A stretch of DNA of 64,000 nucleotides from Pelomyxa schiedti. Taxonomy: Eukaryota; Protista; Evosea. How positions within the stretch are numbered: the stretch's first letter is position 1; each line of letters starts with the position of its first letter. Location: the NCBI GenBank assembly GCA_020536535.1, contig JAHLWZ010000666.1, positions 40,340 to 104,339 on the forward strand. Reading direction: 5' to 3'. A program made the translations under genes and the position numbers. Of the stretch, positions 12,014-24,029 are shown in pieces. The notes beneath the pieces are model-generated. The model did not search any database and was not told the origin of the DNA. It saw only the letters and a list, made by a program, of their open reading frames with translations.

Positions 12014-14688
12014 TCAAAATGCCGTTGTGCTGTTGGTGGCACTGCCACCTTCTTGGCTCTGTCTGGTTTTCTCATCCAGCAGTTGAAGCTGTGTCAAAAC
12101 TGCTGTTGGTTCTGTGTCAGTTGTTGTTGTTGCTTGGTGATCCTGTTGAAGGGTGCTGGATTCTTCTGATACTGGTGTAGGTGAAGTTTGGGGTGCGGGT
12201 TCTTCAGTAGACGGTGCACTCTGCCCGATAGTGTTGTCAGTTGTTGGAGTTGTGCTGCTGGAGTGATCAGTGTTCTGTGTGTTTGTGTTTGACGGGATAG
12301 CACCGTAGGCCATTGTGCAAGTTGTGGCCGTAGTGGTGGAGGACGGTATGAATTGTGGCGTGTGATCTGAAGTGAGTGTGACAGGAGGGGCATTCTTGAT
12401 AGATGCAGTGTAGTACTTGGCGGGAAGGGAACCAAGGTGATCACATAGAATAAGCTGGGTGCGCGGCTGGAGGAAGGTGTGCAGTGCTGCAAAATTTAAA
12501 GATGAGAAGAGGGACCGGCGGTTTTCAGCAGAGATTGGAGGTGCACTTATTGCTGCAGAAGCTGTACGATTTGAGGGTGCTGATGCTGTCAAAACTGTTG
12601 TGTGGCTGGTAGAGGTGGCAGATGAAGTTGCTTTCAGAGATGGGCTGGATTTAGAGTGTTTCATTTCGGCACTACTAATTGGTCTTGATGAAGAGGAGTC
12701 CGGGTAATTAATTAACCCAAATGGGTCGGATCCAGTGTGTGGGAAAAATTGGAACTGGAAAAACTCTCTTGCTAGAATGGAGCCTGATTTCTTGGGCGCC
12801 ACTACTGCAGGCTAATGCCAAAGTAAGGGTAAGAATGCGAAAAGAAAGAAACCTTGCTATCAGAGCTTTTCTTCAGTGCAGATAGAAATTTGTTTGCTGT
12901 TGTAGGAGGTTGGGGAGTGTTTTTGCACACTATACAATTTGCTGCATGGTGGTTCACAAGTTCGATTTTACCGGAGTTGAAGAATTCATGGCATGCTATG
13001 TAGAATGTGAAGTGGAATCAGGCTTGAAAAGAAAGAAACCTTCATATCCCTTGTGGATAACAGACACCCTGGGTACGTTACTGGAGATAAGGTAGGCAAC
13101 CATGAGGAAAATTTCTGCCGCACCTTGCGCTGGAGGTTCATGTGACCCCATTCCATATACAACAACATGCATTTTTTTGTTGCCTTTCTCGGTTGCCGTC
13201 GTCGATAATTGCATTAACATTGTAGCTACTTCTTCCCCTCCATTTTTTTTCTGGAGCTGGAATAGAGTTATTACTAATCAAATTTTCTAGTGGTACCAAG
13301 TCTGGGGACAAATGGTAGGCAATAGGCAATCTTCCTGCTCCAAATTCTTTTTTGGAACGGCAATCACAAACAAAGAATGGGGTCGTTCGTTTTCCCTTTA
13401 TATGGCAATTTTAGATAAGGAAATATATTGAACGAGTGGCCTACTTTATCTCTAAATATATCCAAGACTGATATGTGAAGGCAAGGCGAGTATTGTAAAT
13501 ACCTTTGAATCCACGAAGTAAATTTGGCCTAAGACTTTTGTAACTAAACTAACATGGCAGAGGCAGATACTGTGTGGAACATAATCTCATGTAGTTGCTC
13601 ACTGTGGTGAAGCTAAGGGATTTGAGGGGAAAAGTGAAAGAACCTGAAAGAGGGAGGCGTATCAGTAGAAAGAGTCATAGCATACGATAATACAGTATCC
13701 ATTTGATCAAGAGTCTTTATTTGGATTGATGACAAGTAAGAGTCCATGGCACTCCCCGTGATAGTGAAAATGTCATTTCTTTGAAAATTGTTCTTGTTCA
13801 TTCCCGAAGTCTTAGGTAAAGTGATACCGATGAAGCAATACAACTGCTGCCGAAATAAACATGAACATGCCGGGCTGAGCCAAAGAAAAGTAAGTATCAC
13901 ACAAATGAAGTAGCACTGCTATTGTTTGGCAAGTATTGGCAAAAAACGAGCAAAACTTTTGCCTGTAAGTTTAAAGGGAATGGGAAGTGAGTTACCCAAT
14001 CTTTCGGGAAAATACTAAAATTTCTTGTCATTTTGGATACATGTGTTGCCAAAAGCGGGTCGTGGTAAACAAGAAGTAAACCAAATAACCTACTTAACCC
14101 TAAAGGTGTAAGGACAATGTGCTACGGAAAATTTACATACTAACCGGTTAGAACCTCATCTGAAGGAATTGATAAAGAGTGTGGCAGGTATCGTTCTGAT
14201 AGTAATATAGCGGACTCAGTAGCCTGAATTTCAGGCATTCCAGAAGCAGAAAGGATGACAGCAACTTCAGCAAGGGACTTGCATTTTACAGCTTCCCTGT
14301 GAAGATAAAATAGATTAAGGAGGGGTTGCAGTAATGGCCACACTCACTTGGACGGGAGTTTCTTCTCGCAACAAAATCTGGTCCATATACCAGAAGCAAG
14401 GTTTATTTGTTCAGATGATAATTCTTCGATTAATTTCAGTGTCCAAAACAGTAATAACGCCGAGGTTACCTGAGCCGTGACTAGATGCAACAATTTGGTG
14501 TTTAGAAATATCACTGAATAAAATAGGGCCGCTAACGGCGGTGGCACACAAACTTCCTCGGTGCTCACCCTTTATCATATTCTGCACCCAACGTTAATGC
14601 ACTCAAATTAGTACTACCCGTTCCACTCCTTTAACAGTACCGCCCACGCTCCTGCCCTTGTGGCGTCAGTAACAGGCACCCTCGCCAT
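12014..14688 (-). CDS. TBC1D23-like protein (degenerate TBC domain plus rhodanese-like domain), multi-exon
   Basis: N-terminal RAGAWAVLL (TBC motif A-like); FFVCDCRSKKEFGAGRLPIAYHLSP, HVVVYGMG, VSVIHKGY and HHAANCIVC match the TBC1D23 rhodanese region. Confidence 0.7.
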
Positions 14689-14822
14689 CAGATCTTCCTT
14701 TGTGTATTATTTTGAATTTATGCTTCTTCGAATTTCCATGGAAACGTTCGCCGGGGAATTCTGTTTTTTTTTTGGCAGGATGGCTTCATAATAAGAAAAA
14801 GGCATGCGCTGTGTGAGGTTTG

Positions 14823-15561
14823 TCAGTGGAGAAGAAACGTGTCAGGAAAGAGATCTTTGGCCACATGCAGCATAGTATGTTGCTCTTCTTCTGAATAGGC
14901 AACCATGTGAACAGACTCCAATCCTTCATAGCACGAGTCCAGAACTGTCTGAAATCCTACTCTAATGATATCGTCTAGTGGTCTTTGCCCTCGAAAAACG
15001 CCCGCACTGAGCAGAGAAAACGCGAGGCTGTGGAAGGAGTGCTCTTGTGAGATCTGCATCGAGTTCCGGTACGCCATGGCCAGCAGCCGATCCCTCTCCT
15101 CAAAGAACTCCCTGACTTGGTCATCCGTCGAGGGGCTCTTCGCGGACAATGGGTTTATCCTGTACACAGGCCCCACGGCGTGAATGATGTACCTCACTTT
15201 TCTGTGCTCAAAGCTCGGTGTTATCTAAGGCACGTGCGTATCACAATCCAAGCAAGCAAGGCAATCAGTCAAATCATTGGGTGAATTTTACAATGGCATT
15301 TGATTTGGGGCTGGGGGATTCCACTACCTTGGCGTTTCCTGTGGCGCACCCTCCCAGTGCCTTGCGCGCCTCTTTGAGTTGGAAACCCCCGGCTCGGTTG
15401 ACGACCTCGTCGACGCCGAATCCGCCTGTGCAGCCCTCGTTGGCTGCGTTGACGATGGCGTCGCCGGTGAAGTCCAGTATGCTGCCGAACGACGCGCACA
15501 CGTGCGTCCCTGTGCGGGCCACGACGTGACCAACAACTGAAACCCCGGCGTTGCCCTGCAT
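14823..15561 (-). CDS. Macro domain protein (MacroD-type ADP-ribose binding/hydrolase)
   Basis: GSILDFTGDAIVNAANEGCTGGFGVD; GGCATGNAK; RYIIHAVGPVY; SLAFSLLSAGVF. Spliced between about 15200 and 15330. Confidence 0.92.
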
Positions 15562-15719
15562 TCCAACTACAACGGCTTCTGCCCTAAGGAATTTCGCAGC
15601 AGAATTCTAGAGTTCCGAAGGCACAACCCACAAGTGACAAAGGTCAGATTCCAGAGGAACCTCAACCCCACCGGCAGCGCGAGTCTGAGTATCAGTGCTG
15701 ATTCGTTGAACAACGAAAA

Positions 15720-15787
15720 TGGCCAGTAACAACAGAACGCTGTCATTTTCGTTATCGGTCTGGTGTTTTTTTTTTTTTGTTCGGCCA
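15720..15787. repeat. Degenerate relative of the 1916-2006 MITE, directly upstream of an ATG
   Basis: CAGAACGCTGTCATTTTCGTTATC-GGTCTGGTG(T)n-GTTCGGCCA aligns with MITE CAGAACGCTGTCCTTTTCGTTATC...CGGTCTGGTG(T)n-ATTCAGCCA. Confidence 0.7.
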
Positions 15788-15788
15788 A

Positions 15789-17033
15789 ATGGGCGATGTT
15801 CCGAAGGAACCAGCACCAAAGAGACCAAGGACCACGAGGGCAAAAAAACCGGCACCTCTGATGCCGTGGCAGGGCACGCCCGACTTGGTCGCCCTCCGCG
15901 CGCGGGACCAGGTTGGAGCCCTCCTCATGGCGACGCACCCTCGCTGCTGCAACCGCGATGGGGCCGCGACGGCTGCGGCAGCGGTTTTGACCGGGCACGT
16001 GGCGAGGCACTTGTGGGACGAGTGGGTGATGGGGACCGTGAGGTGGTTCGCGGTCGAGACGAGGGTGACGAAGGAATCAGGGAGACTCATCAAGCAGTCT
16101 TGCCTTTTTGGGCTCGGAATGTCGATGTTGACCATGGGAGTGACCCATGAGCTGGTTGTGAGGGAGTCCCCAGAGTACGGCTACAGGCTGGACTTCTCAC
16201 GTGGATTGCAGCGCCTTAGCAGCTCAGAGTTGCACCTGGTGGATTTTGTGAGAGGCACTGAGACCTTTTTGCTTCCCACGAGTGACATAGAGGGGGTGTT
16301 CTGTGGCAACTGCAAGTGGTTTGTGGGTTGCTGTTACTGCGGCGGCCGTTCTACAAGAAGTATTGCCATGGGGAGTATCTCCGCGCACCAGGGCGGTTCT
16401 GCTGCAGTTGATATCTTCCAGTTTCCTCCCGATAGGGCCCCTTGCTTCGTGTGCTTCAACAAGCTGGTCGAGAACGAAGCGTTTCTGATGTTCCCTAATG
16501 CCGATGGGGTGTCACTATGGATCATAGATGTGGCTCAATCCTGCTCAACAAAGTGCCTCACGATGAGCTCCATAAGGTGTAAGGCACGTAGTGCCCCAGT
16601 CGTCTTCGAGATTCTGGCAATGAGAAAACAGGACACCAAGGCCATATTCCTTTCATATTCCTCATTTTCACAGAGCATTGCGGACACAGTCTATGCACTT
16701 AAGGAAAATGGTGACCAAGAAGCAACCTTTACCATTGTTGCAGCCAACGCTGAAGGCCTGTACCAACTGAGTGAGTCTCTGTTCTGTGTTTTGCAAAGAA
16801 GGAGGGCGTTCATATTTGATTGCAACAACCTAGAAACTGCAATTTCGTGCATTCAGGTGGGAATGTTGGGCAGCTTGATGGTTGGCCTTGGGTGCTTCCT
16901 CAAACTTAGTGAAGACAGGATTTCAGTGATTGATGCTTCATCTTCACCAAGGAAGGAGGTGGCCTCTATTGAGTTCCTCCTACCTGGTTGCTCTTTTCGT
17001 TCCTTCCTCCACCGCACTTCTCGCATTTGGTGA
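15789..17033 (+). CDS. Intronless uncharacterised protein with N-terminal ARDQVGALLMATHPRC motif
   Basis: Uninterrupted 414-codon frame from ATG 15789; C-terminal part is rich in beta-strand-like segments. No function assignable. Confidence 0.75.
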   Translation: MGDVPKEPAPKRPRTTRAKKPAPLMPWQGTPDLVALRARDQVGALLMATHPRCCNRDGAATAAAAVLTGHVARHLWDEWVMGTVRWFAVETRVTKESGRLIKQSCLFGLGMSMLTMGVTHELVVRESPEYGYRLDFSRGLQRLSSSELHLVDFVRGTETFLLPTSDIEGVFCGNCKWFVGCCYCGGRSTRSIAMGSISAHQGGSAAVDIFQFPPDRAPCFVCFNKLVENEAFLMFPNADGVSLWIIDVAQSCSTKCLTMSSIRCKARSAPVVFEILAMRKQDTKAIFLSYSSFSQSIADTVYALKENGDQEATFTIVAANAEGLYQLSESLFCVLQRRRAFIFDCNNLETAISCIQVGMLGSLMVGLGCFLKLSEDRISVIDASSSPRKEVASIEFLLPGCSFRSFLHRTSRIW

Positions 17034-17074
17034 TAGGAAAATGTCAAGAAAGGAACCCATCTAGCTCTGGCATA

Positions 17075-19072
17075 TCAACGACTCGGCACCACTTTTGAGA
17101 CTCTTCTTGACTTTCGTCTGAGATTCATCAGACCCGCATGGAATTGCCAAAAAAAAATAGTTGTGGTGATGTCGGAGATGGCATCAGTCGGTTCTGACTA
17201 TTTTTAGTTACAGAATGACCAAGGGTGAGCACAGCCTCCTGCAAGTGGCACCTTGGAAATTCACGTATTTCTCTGTTTTTCTTTGCCCAAAAAGGTAGAA
17301 AGCTGGCAACCCCACATAAAGTGAGGAGTTGTCGCAGGGCTCGACTGCACGAGTGTCGTGATACTACAAATAATGGGAATAGTACTGACATCCAGCCCCA
17401 AGGAATGTACGAACGGAGCAAATGAGATCAGCAAACAAAGGCACAGCACATTTGGCAAGGCCTCTGGACTCATAATGGAGTTCAGCGTCCTCATGACCAA
17501 ATTTATACAAGTACCTGTAAAATAACTTGAAAGGAATTAAATCAGGTGCGGAAGGAGTGAACGACAGTTTACCAGTATAACAATGAAGCTATGCATGAAT
17601 ACTACATATAATGGGAACAGTACTGACATCCAGCCCCAAGAAATGTACGAATCAAGCCTCAAAATGGAAAAGACCAGAGAATAGATAAGAAGGCTCGCAT
17701 ACAGAAAGTCCCAGAATCTGCATGAAGCGAAACGGATTCTGTCCCGCGCAATTGATCTTTTATGCTACAGTGAAATGTTTGCCGTAAGTTTCTTAACAAA
17801 AGTTTATAGATTTTTAAATTAATACAGGAGCGTCAATGATTACCGCGCCATGTAGGCTCTTAATACTGTATCTAATATTGAATCTCCTGGTTTTTCTTTT
17901 CGTTTTTTCCAGTGCAAAACTGGGGGTGTGATTAACGGTTAAATTTATTAGGCTAACACACAGGGCTTTGGATGTGTCTTCTGGAAGATGGTATTTTACT
18001 GCAAGGTTTTTCCACACTGCTGTATCATATATCAAACAATGCAATCTTTTACACGTCTGATGAAAATTAACTTCCCACTCTCAATAAAAAAATTAAACAC
18101 ACCACACTTGTTCTGAGGATGCCACGAAGCCCTAAAAACGAGACAATCCTCAAAATAAGTTCGTCTTGCATTACTATGAGACCATTTTGAAGGGGGTTAG
18201 AACCAACCTGGCAGGTCCAGCAAGGGAGAGTCTCCATCACTGGACATTGGAGGTGACATAGGTGCAACCTTCGTTCTTCTGAAGTTGAATAACCATCCCT
18301 TGCCTTTATGAGTGTTCGCTTCCAAATATCCTTTTACATCAATCAAATCCAACTTCGAACTGCCTGCAGGCACAATTTTGGGCTCGATGTCCAGAACCAA
18401 CGTGCCACCCCTGTCATCATCATCATCCGCAGTTGCAATCGTGATGTCGCTGACACTTTCGGCCCTCGGGCAGTGGCCAGCAGTCGGCCGCGCCCATTGC
18501 TGTCCCGGTGACGTCACGTGGTGCGCAATTGCAACTGCGTCCATCAGCGATGACGGCGACCCCGAAGAGGCCGACTCTCCTTGGTCTCCCCCTTGTGCTT
18601 TTGGAGGATGGTGGAACCTGAGCCCGTTGAAATATTCGCTGCTGCTACTGCTATTGCTATTGTTGCTGCTGCTGCTGCCACCAAGTTGGGCCCCGTCGGC
18701 GCTCTTGGCACACGGGTGGGTCGCAGACTCCCAGTCGTCGTCGTCGTCGTCGGAATCGGATCCGTCGCTGTTGTTGCTCTGCTTATCGACCTCGGCATCG
18801 CCGTCGCCGTCATCCCCGCTGTCGTAGTCGGGCTCGTGGTCGCTGTTGCCGTTATTCCCATCTTGGTCGTCCTCTTGTTGCGTTGCGGAGCCTAGGGGGC
18901 TGGAAGCCGGGTGCTTGTGTGTGCCTCGTCGTTTGGCTTTGTGGTGTCGGTGGCGCCGGGTCTTGTGGTGGGTCGGGTCTGCATCGCTGCCGTCGGGATT
19001 ATGGGGCACCCGGGCCTGCTCCCCGGGCGCACCCCAAGAAAACGGACACTCGGTTGGTCCATCATCCGACAT
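17075..19072 (-). CDS. F-box protein with C-terminal TMEM185-like transmembrane repeats
   Basis: Spliced LLDLP/DELILRIVSFLGLRGILRTSVVC is an F-box; two repeats LRLDSYISWGWMSVLFPL and LRSYIPWGWMSVLFPL (duplicated at DNA level, about 17371-17413 and 17610-17651). Confidence 0.75.
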
Positions 19073-19228
19073 GGGTTATTACGAAAGCTGGTCTGCGAAG
19101 CACAACGGAGTTGATTACCCGCGTAAACTGGCACTGACATTTTGCAAATCTGACACAAGTCATCGAAAACCTGAAAGCCGGTGGTGCAGTGAACAAGCAG
19201 GTGTCGCGCCAAAGTTCTTTCTTGTTGA

Positions 19229-21874
19229 ATGCCTAAGAAAACAGCTCATAACAATAACAAACAAGCTCAACACACTGGTGTTGTTGCGCACCATCACGCC
19301 GTAGATCCTCACGTTTCACACGCGACTGTGAACAAATCTGGGGCCGCTACGAACACGCAGAGTTACGTCAAAAAGACAACTGTGAGATCCGAGCCAACGA
19401 CCACTACAACGACGACTACGACTACTACGAGCACAAACACAAATGCAAAACCGAGTGAGATCTCAGCACATACAAAACTTGAGCCGAGGAAAGGTCGTGG
19501 GTGCCCTGTGGCGTGTTGGGTGCTGCTCGGAGTTTTGGTTGGTATCACCTTGGCACTGGTTTACTTGAGCCTGTATCCCAGCGAATACTCGGACAACAAC
19601 CCATACACTTCTCCTGTTACCAACGTACTGGCCGGTGTTGTCTCCCTTATGCCAGCATTTGCCTCCAGGGATGTTGGTGCGAGTGTTGTGGGTGCAAAAG
19701 ATCTGAATTCCACCATTATGCAACAACTGGGAAATATGCTGAGCCAACAAAAGCTTCACGACATGTTAGGATTGGAGCTATCTGTCGTCTCACCGGTTTC
19801 TCTTATTACCTTCCACCTCGTTTCCTTATTATTCCATAGGGTTACAAACCACGGTACCCAGTGCTATTTGTACCTGGAGCAATTTCCACAGGCCTGGAGC
19901 TGTGGCAGGGGAAAGACTGCGCCAAACGCTACTTCAGACAACGCATGTGGGGCACGTTGACCATGATGGAAAGTGTGCTTTTACAAGCAAATGCTGGTAT
20001 TTAACAATTAGGTTTACATTTTATTTTAACCTTTCATGAAGGATTGAGCACTTGATGCTTGACCCAGTCACTGGGTTAGATCCTGATGGCGTGAAATTGC
20101 GCCCTGCTATGGGAATGTAAGCTGCTGATTACTTAGTACCGGGATACTGGGTAATAGAGCGCCGATCTTTTCTTTCTTACACATTTGTAATTAATTTTTC
20201 TCCCAGATTTGGGGGAAAATCATTGAAGCCCTTGCAGATGTAGGATACGATAGCAATAATATGTTTATGTGGGGATATGACTGGCGCCTTCACTTTGAAA
20301 ACATAGAAGTGAGGGATGCCGTGAGTACAATTAAACTCTTGGTTTCATTCTTACACAATGCAGGGCCTTACTAAGCTTAAAATGGTACCTACTCAGCTCA
20401 ATGATATCTTTAAATAAGATAACTCAAGACGTTTTATTGCTTGTATAAAACTCCAGATGATAGAAATGGCAAAGTCTGTTCAACGTGAACGAGTGGTCCT
20501 ACTTGCTCACAGCATGGGGTCTCCCCTTCTATTTTATTTCTTCAAATGGGTTGAGAGCCCTCTGGGTGGCAGTAAGTATGTAACTTAATATCCCCAAGTT
20601 AAGAATAATCCAGACGGAGGACCCAACTGGGTGAATGATCATGATCATGTTCATGCGTTCATCAACATCGGAGGTGCCTTCCTTGGTGCCCCTAAATCTG
20701 TTAGTGCGTTATTCTCGGGAGAGATGAGAGATACCGCACACCTGGGCCCCTTACAAGGCTATCTCGTAGACAGCTTAATTTCCAAAGTGCAAAGGCGGGA
20801 GCTTTTTCACTCATGGCGAAGTCTTGGTGCATTGATGCCCAGGGTAAGGAAAAAGGGGAGCGAGGGAAAAGACTGAAGGGGAAAAAGGGAGGAAATGCCA
20901 TATGGGGTAATCTTACACATGCACCCGATGACTCCACAAACGGGTTGATGACCAACGGTAGAATGTTTAGATTTGATCATAATAACACCTATCTGACAAT
21001 GGACGAAGTACGATGTCCACAAGGAATTTGGTAATGAGATTTCACACAACACAGGTCTTAAATTTACTCATGTCTGTGCCGATTCTGAAGCAATCCTTAT
21101 CCAAGTAATATATCAAGAAAACTGCCTATTCTCATTAATCTCCACAAGATATTCTTTTGGGTCAAAATTCGAACCCTACATGGAAAATAATCCCTCTTAT
21201 TGGAGCAACCCACTTGAGTCACCCCTACCTAATGCGCCTGATATGACTGTTTACTGTTTGTATGGTGTTGGAAAGAGCACTGAAAGAGCGTATGTTTTCG
21301 ATTTGTTAATCCGTTTCCAACTTTTTCATCAAGGTACCACTACAACCACGACGGATCCGCACAGGGGGAAGTCATAAACTACGAGTGTGTATTTTTTTTT
21401 GCCCCCATTACAGTAACAAACAAGTGTTTATTTATTGTAGAGTTTTTAATTCCACTGCGAGGGTATTCTCAGGTGTTCAAGATGTGGATGGAGATGGAAC
21501 AATACCACTAATCAGTTTGGGGTACCCTCCTTTTCTTATTTGCAAGATTTGGCTAATTTCTTGCACAGGTACATGTGCGTGAAGGGATGGCCTGACAATG
21601 ATGTCCTGAATCCAGGCAGGTCTCCAGTTGTTACAAAAGAGTGTATGTGCCTCTGAATTCTATGTGTTACATACCTGAGAGCTACCACAGATCAACACCA
21701 TCCCGCTTCCCTGAACATCAGAGGAGGCCACTCGACAGGAGACCACGTAGACATCATGGGAAACAGACAGCTCTCCTCACCGACATTTTACACGTGGTCG
21801 CGGATCACGAGCACAACGTTCAAAGCACCATTCTGTCTGATTTGCCCAGCATGGTAAACAACGTACAACTCTAA
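19229..21874 (+). pseudogene. Phospholipid:diacylglycerol acyltransferase (PDAT/LRO1, LCAT family) with an in-frame stop and a frameshift
   Basis: N-terminal TM helix; PVLFVPGAISTGLELW, GLDPDGVKLRP, GYDWRL, AHSMG, DGDGTIP, DHVDIMG motifs. TAA at 20118-20120 in GM*AADY; frameshift near 21761-21770. Family certain, pseudogene status less so. Confidence 0.75.
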
Positions 21875-24029
21875 AGAAGAAACCCTTCATCTCTTCAGGA
21901 AAGAATAAAACTGAAAAAAAAATTCGTTGGAATGTGTTAAAGTCAGACACAGTCGGTTGAAGAGGATTTGGGGTTGTGAGGTGCCTACAACTCGGGAGGA
22001 ACTTGGGAGGCCGGAATTTGGGGGTACTGGGGGATCCCCAAAGCAGCGCGTACCTCACTTTGCAGTTCTAGGAGCTTGGAGTAGATGGACTCTAGTGTCA
22101 CGGGAGCTGAAGTACTCGTTGAAGAGTACCCAACTTGTGGCAATCCAAAAGAGGGAGCGGTAGAGCGAGACGACGCTGGAGAAGTAGCCGAAAATGCTGA
22201 CAGCGTTACCGGAAGAGCACTTGCGTCCCTGTGAGAACTGTGGCCAGACGCGTAAGGCGGAGGTATAAGGGATGGCAACAGAAAGGGTTGCCCAGGAGAT
22301 TCCACTGCATCAGACCTAGAGGTCGGGGCGGCGGACTGGCTCCTCTCAGCTCTCACTTGTTTCAATTCCGGAGCATGCGTGACACCTGTAATACGTGACA
22401 CCTTCTTCCTTGGCTTACGGGGTGAAGAATCTTCATTTCCAATGGGAGCTGTGCACAAATTAGAAAGTAATTGGAGTTGTTTTTTAATTTATGTGAGGTT
22501 CTTGTTTTCATTTTACTTTATATCTCCTTTAACTTGAACATTTTTATGTACCATTATCTGGTATCTCGCGATTCGGTAGGGCTAGTTTGATCATTTTCCT
22601 CGATTTTGAGTACACAATAATTGCAAGTTGACCACCCATGATGGCATTCCTATGCGCCGCACTGTACAGGGTAATGAAACCCGCAATGCAGCCGGACTCC
22701 ACGTTTGCATTGTGTATTGGGCTCCACTTTGCACTAAAAGAAAGATTAGGACAAAAACAAAAAAAAAAAAAATACAAACATAGGTGTGCCATTGACAGTA
22801 AACCATTCCTCTAATTCCTCGTAGGGCGCAGTACTAGTGACATGTAGTTGTTTGCCAATTGCGCTCATCTTTGTCGTGTTTCCGGCTCTTGTGTTTCCTT
22901 GATATGGGTGTTGGCTTCCGGGTTTTTTTTTTTTTATCCTTCATGTGTGCCGTACGTAATTGTTGGTAGATATTTCCAGGTGCTTTTCGGCCCCGAAAAG
23001 GTGGCCCCAGAACTGAAAATTGGGCCCTGAGATCTTCCTCTCCTCCTCCTACTGCCTCAGCCCATCAGAATTATGTCCTGGGCTAAGAGCAGGGCGGCAC
23101 CCACTCCATAACAATCGTGATGATCGGAATTGATTGTGACACCGTGAATGTGACAGGGAACTGACCAGCGATTCCACGAACCCGTTCTTCGCTTTTTCTT
23201 GGGGTTTTTTTGCGGGCGTCCACTGAGAATATCTTGTTGATGACGTTGTGGCACTCTCACTGTGTTGGGGTATCCTCTGGGTCTATGTGCGGCTGGCGCT
23301 GCTTTTGCCAGCCACCAACTGGGGTTGCCAAACTGGTGGTTGGGTGACTGTTGGGGTGGGTTCCTTTCCTTCTGGAGGTGTACCAGATGGTAAGGGGCTA
23401 GGAGCTAGGCTCGCCGTGAGTAGCCCTCGCCCATCACCACAAGTAGTGACTGAGCCAACTGATTGGCGAGTTGTCCAGGCATCGCTGAATCCTTCCATCC
23501 AATGGCTGTCCTGGCCACTTGAGTGTGAGACAGGACAGGGAAGACCGCACAAGGTATAGAGAACGTCCAAGGCACATCAGCCCGAGGAAGAGGCGTCAGT
23601 ACTCCCATTTCGGTGACTGTTTGCTGTGTTGGCAGGACTCGGGTCTGTAAAGCTCAATAGTGTCGAAACATCTTAACGCGGGGCAACCAACGATAAATGA
23701 CTCTTATCCGTTTGTTTGGTGTGTTGGTTGATTGTTTGCTTGCTATGGTGCATCCAAATAAACAAAAAAAAAACCAAATCGCGGGAGAGATAAAGAGAGG
23801 GAATGCATGGGAGACGAGAATTTTAACGGCCAAGACACGGCTACGCCATCGTTCAAGAACCCGAAAAAAAAAATCGCAATTACATCGTTCGCACCCGATT
23901 TACAAGAAAGAAAAAAAAACTTTGGCGTGAAAACGACAACTGCAGACGAAAGTGAGATGGCCTAACCCTGATTTGGAGAAGCAATTGTTGAAAGGAATTA
24001 TTTATTATTCACTCCTCTTGATTCAATAA

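Noticed and set aside
20118-20120. Stop-codon reassignment suggested by in-frame TAA (PDAT) and TGA (YqaJ 56945-56947, Helitron 2317-2319)
   Set aside because: TAA and TGA terminate conserved genes here (CDC48, Rab, kinase); the YqaJ TGA fits inside a GC-AG intron and the Helitron copy is decaying.
20117-20136. 20-nt micro-intron GTAAGCTGCTGATTACTTAG that would remove the PDAT stop
   Set aside because: Splicing would delete the conserved AADY residues and shift the frame.
21985-23700. Possible minus-strand gene or Cys-rich pseudogene
   Set aside because: Could not build a consistent exon chain or recognise a domain.
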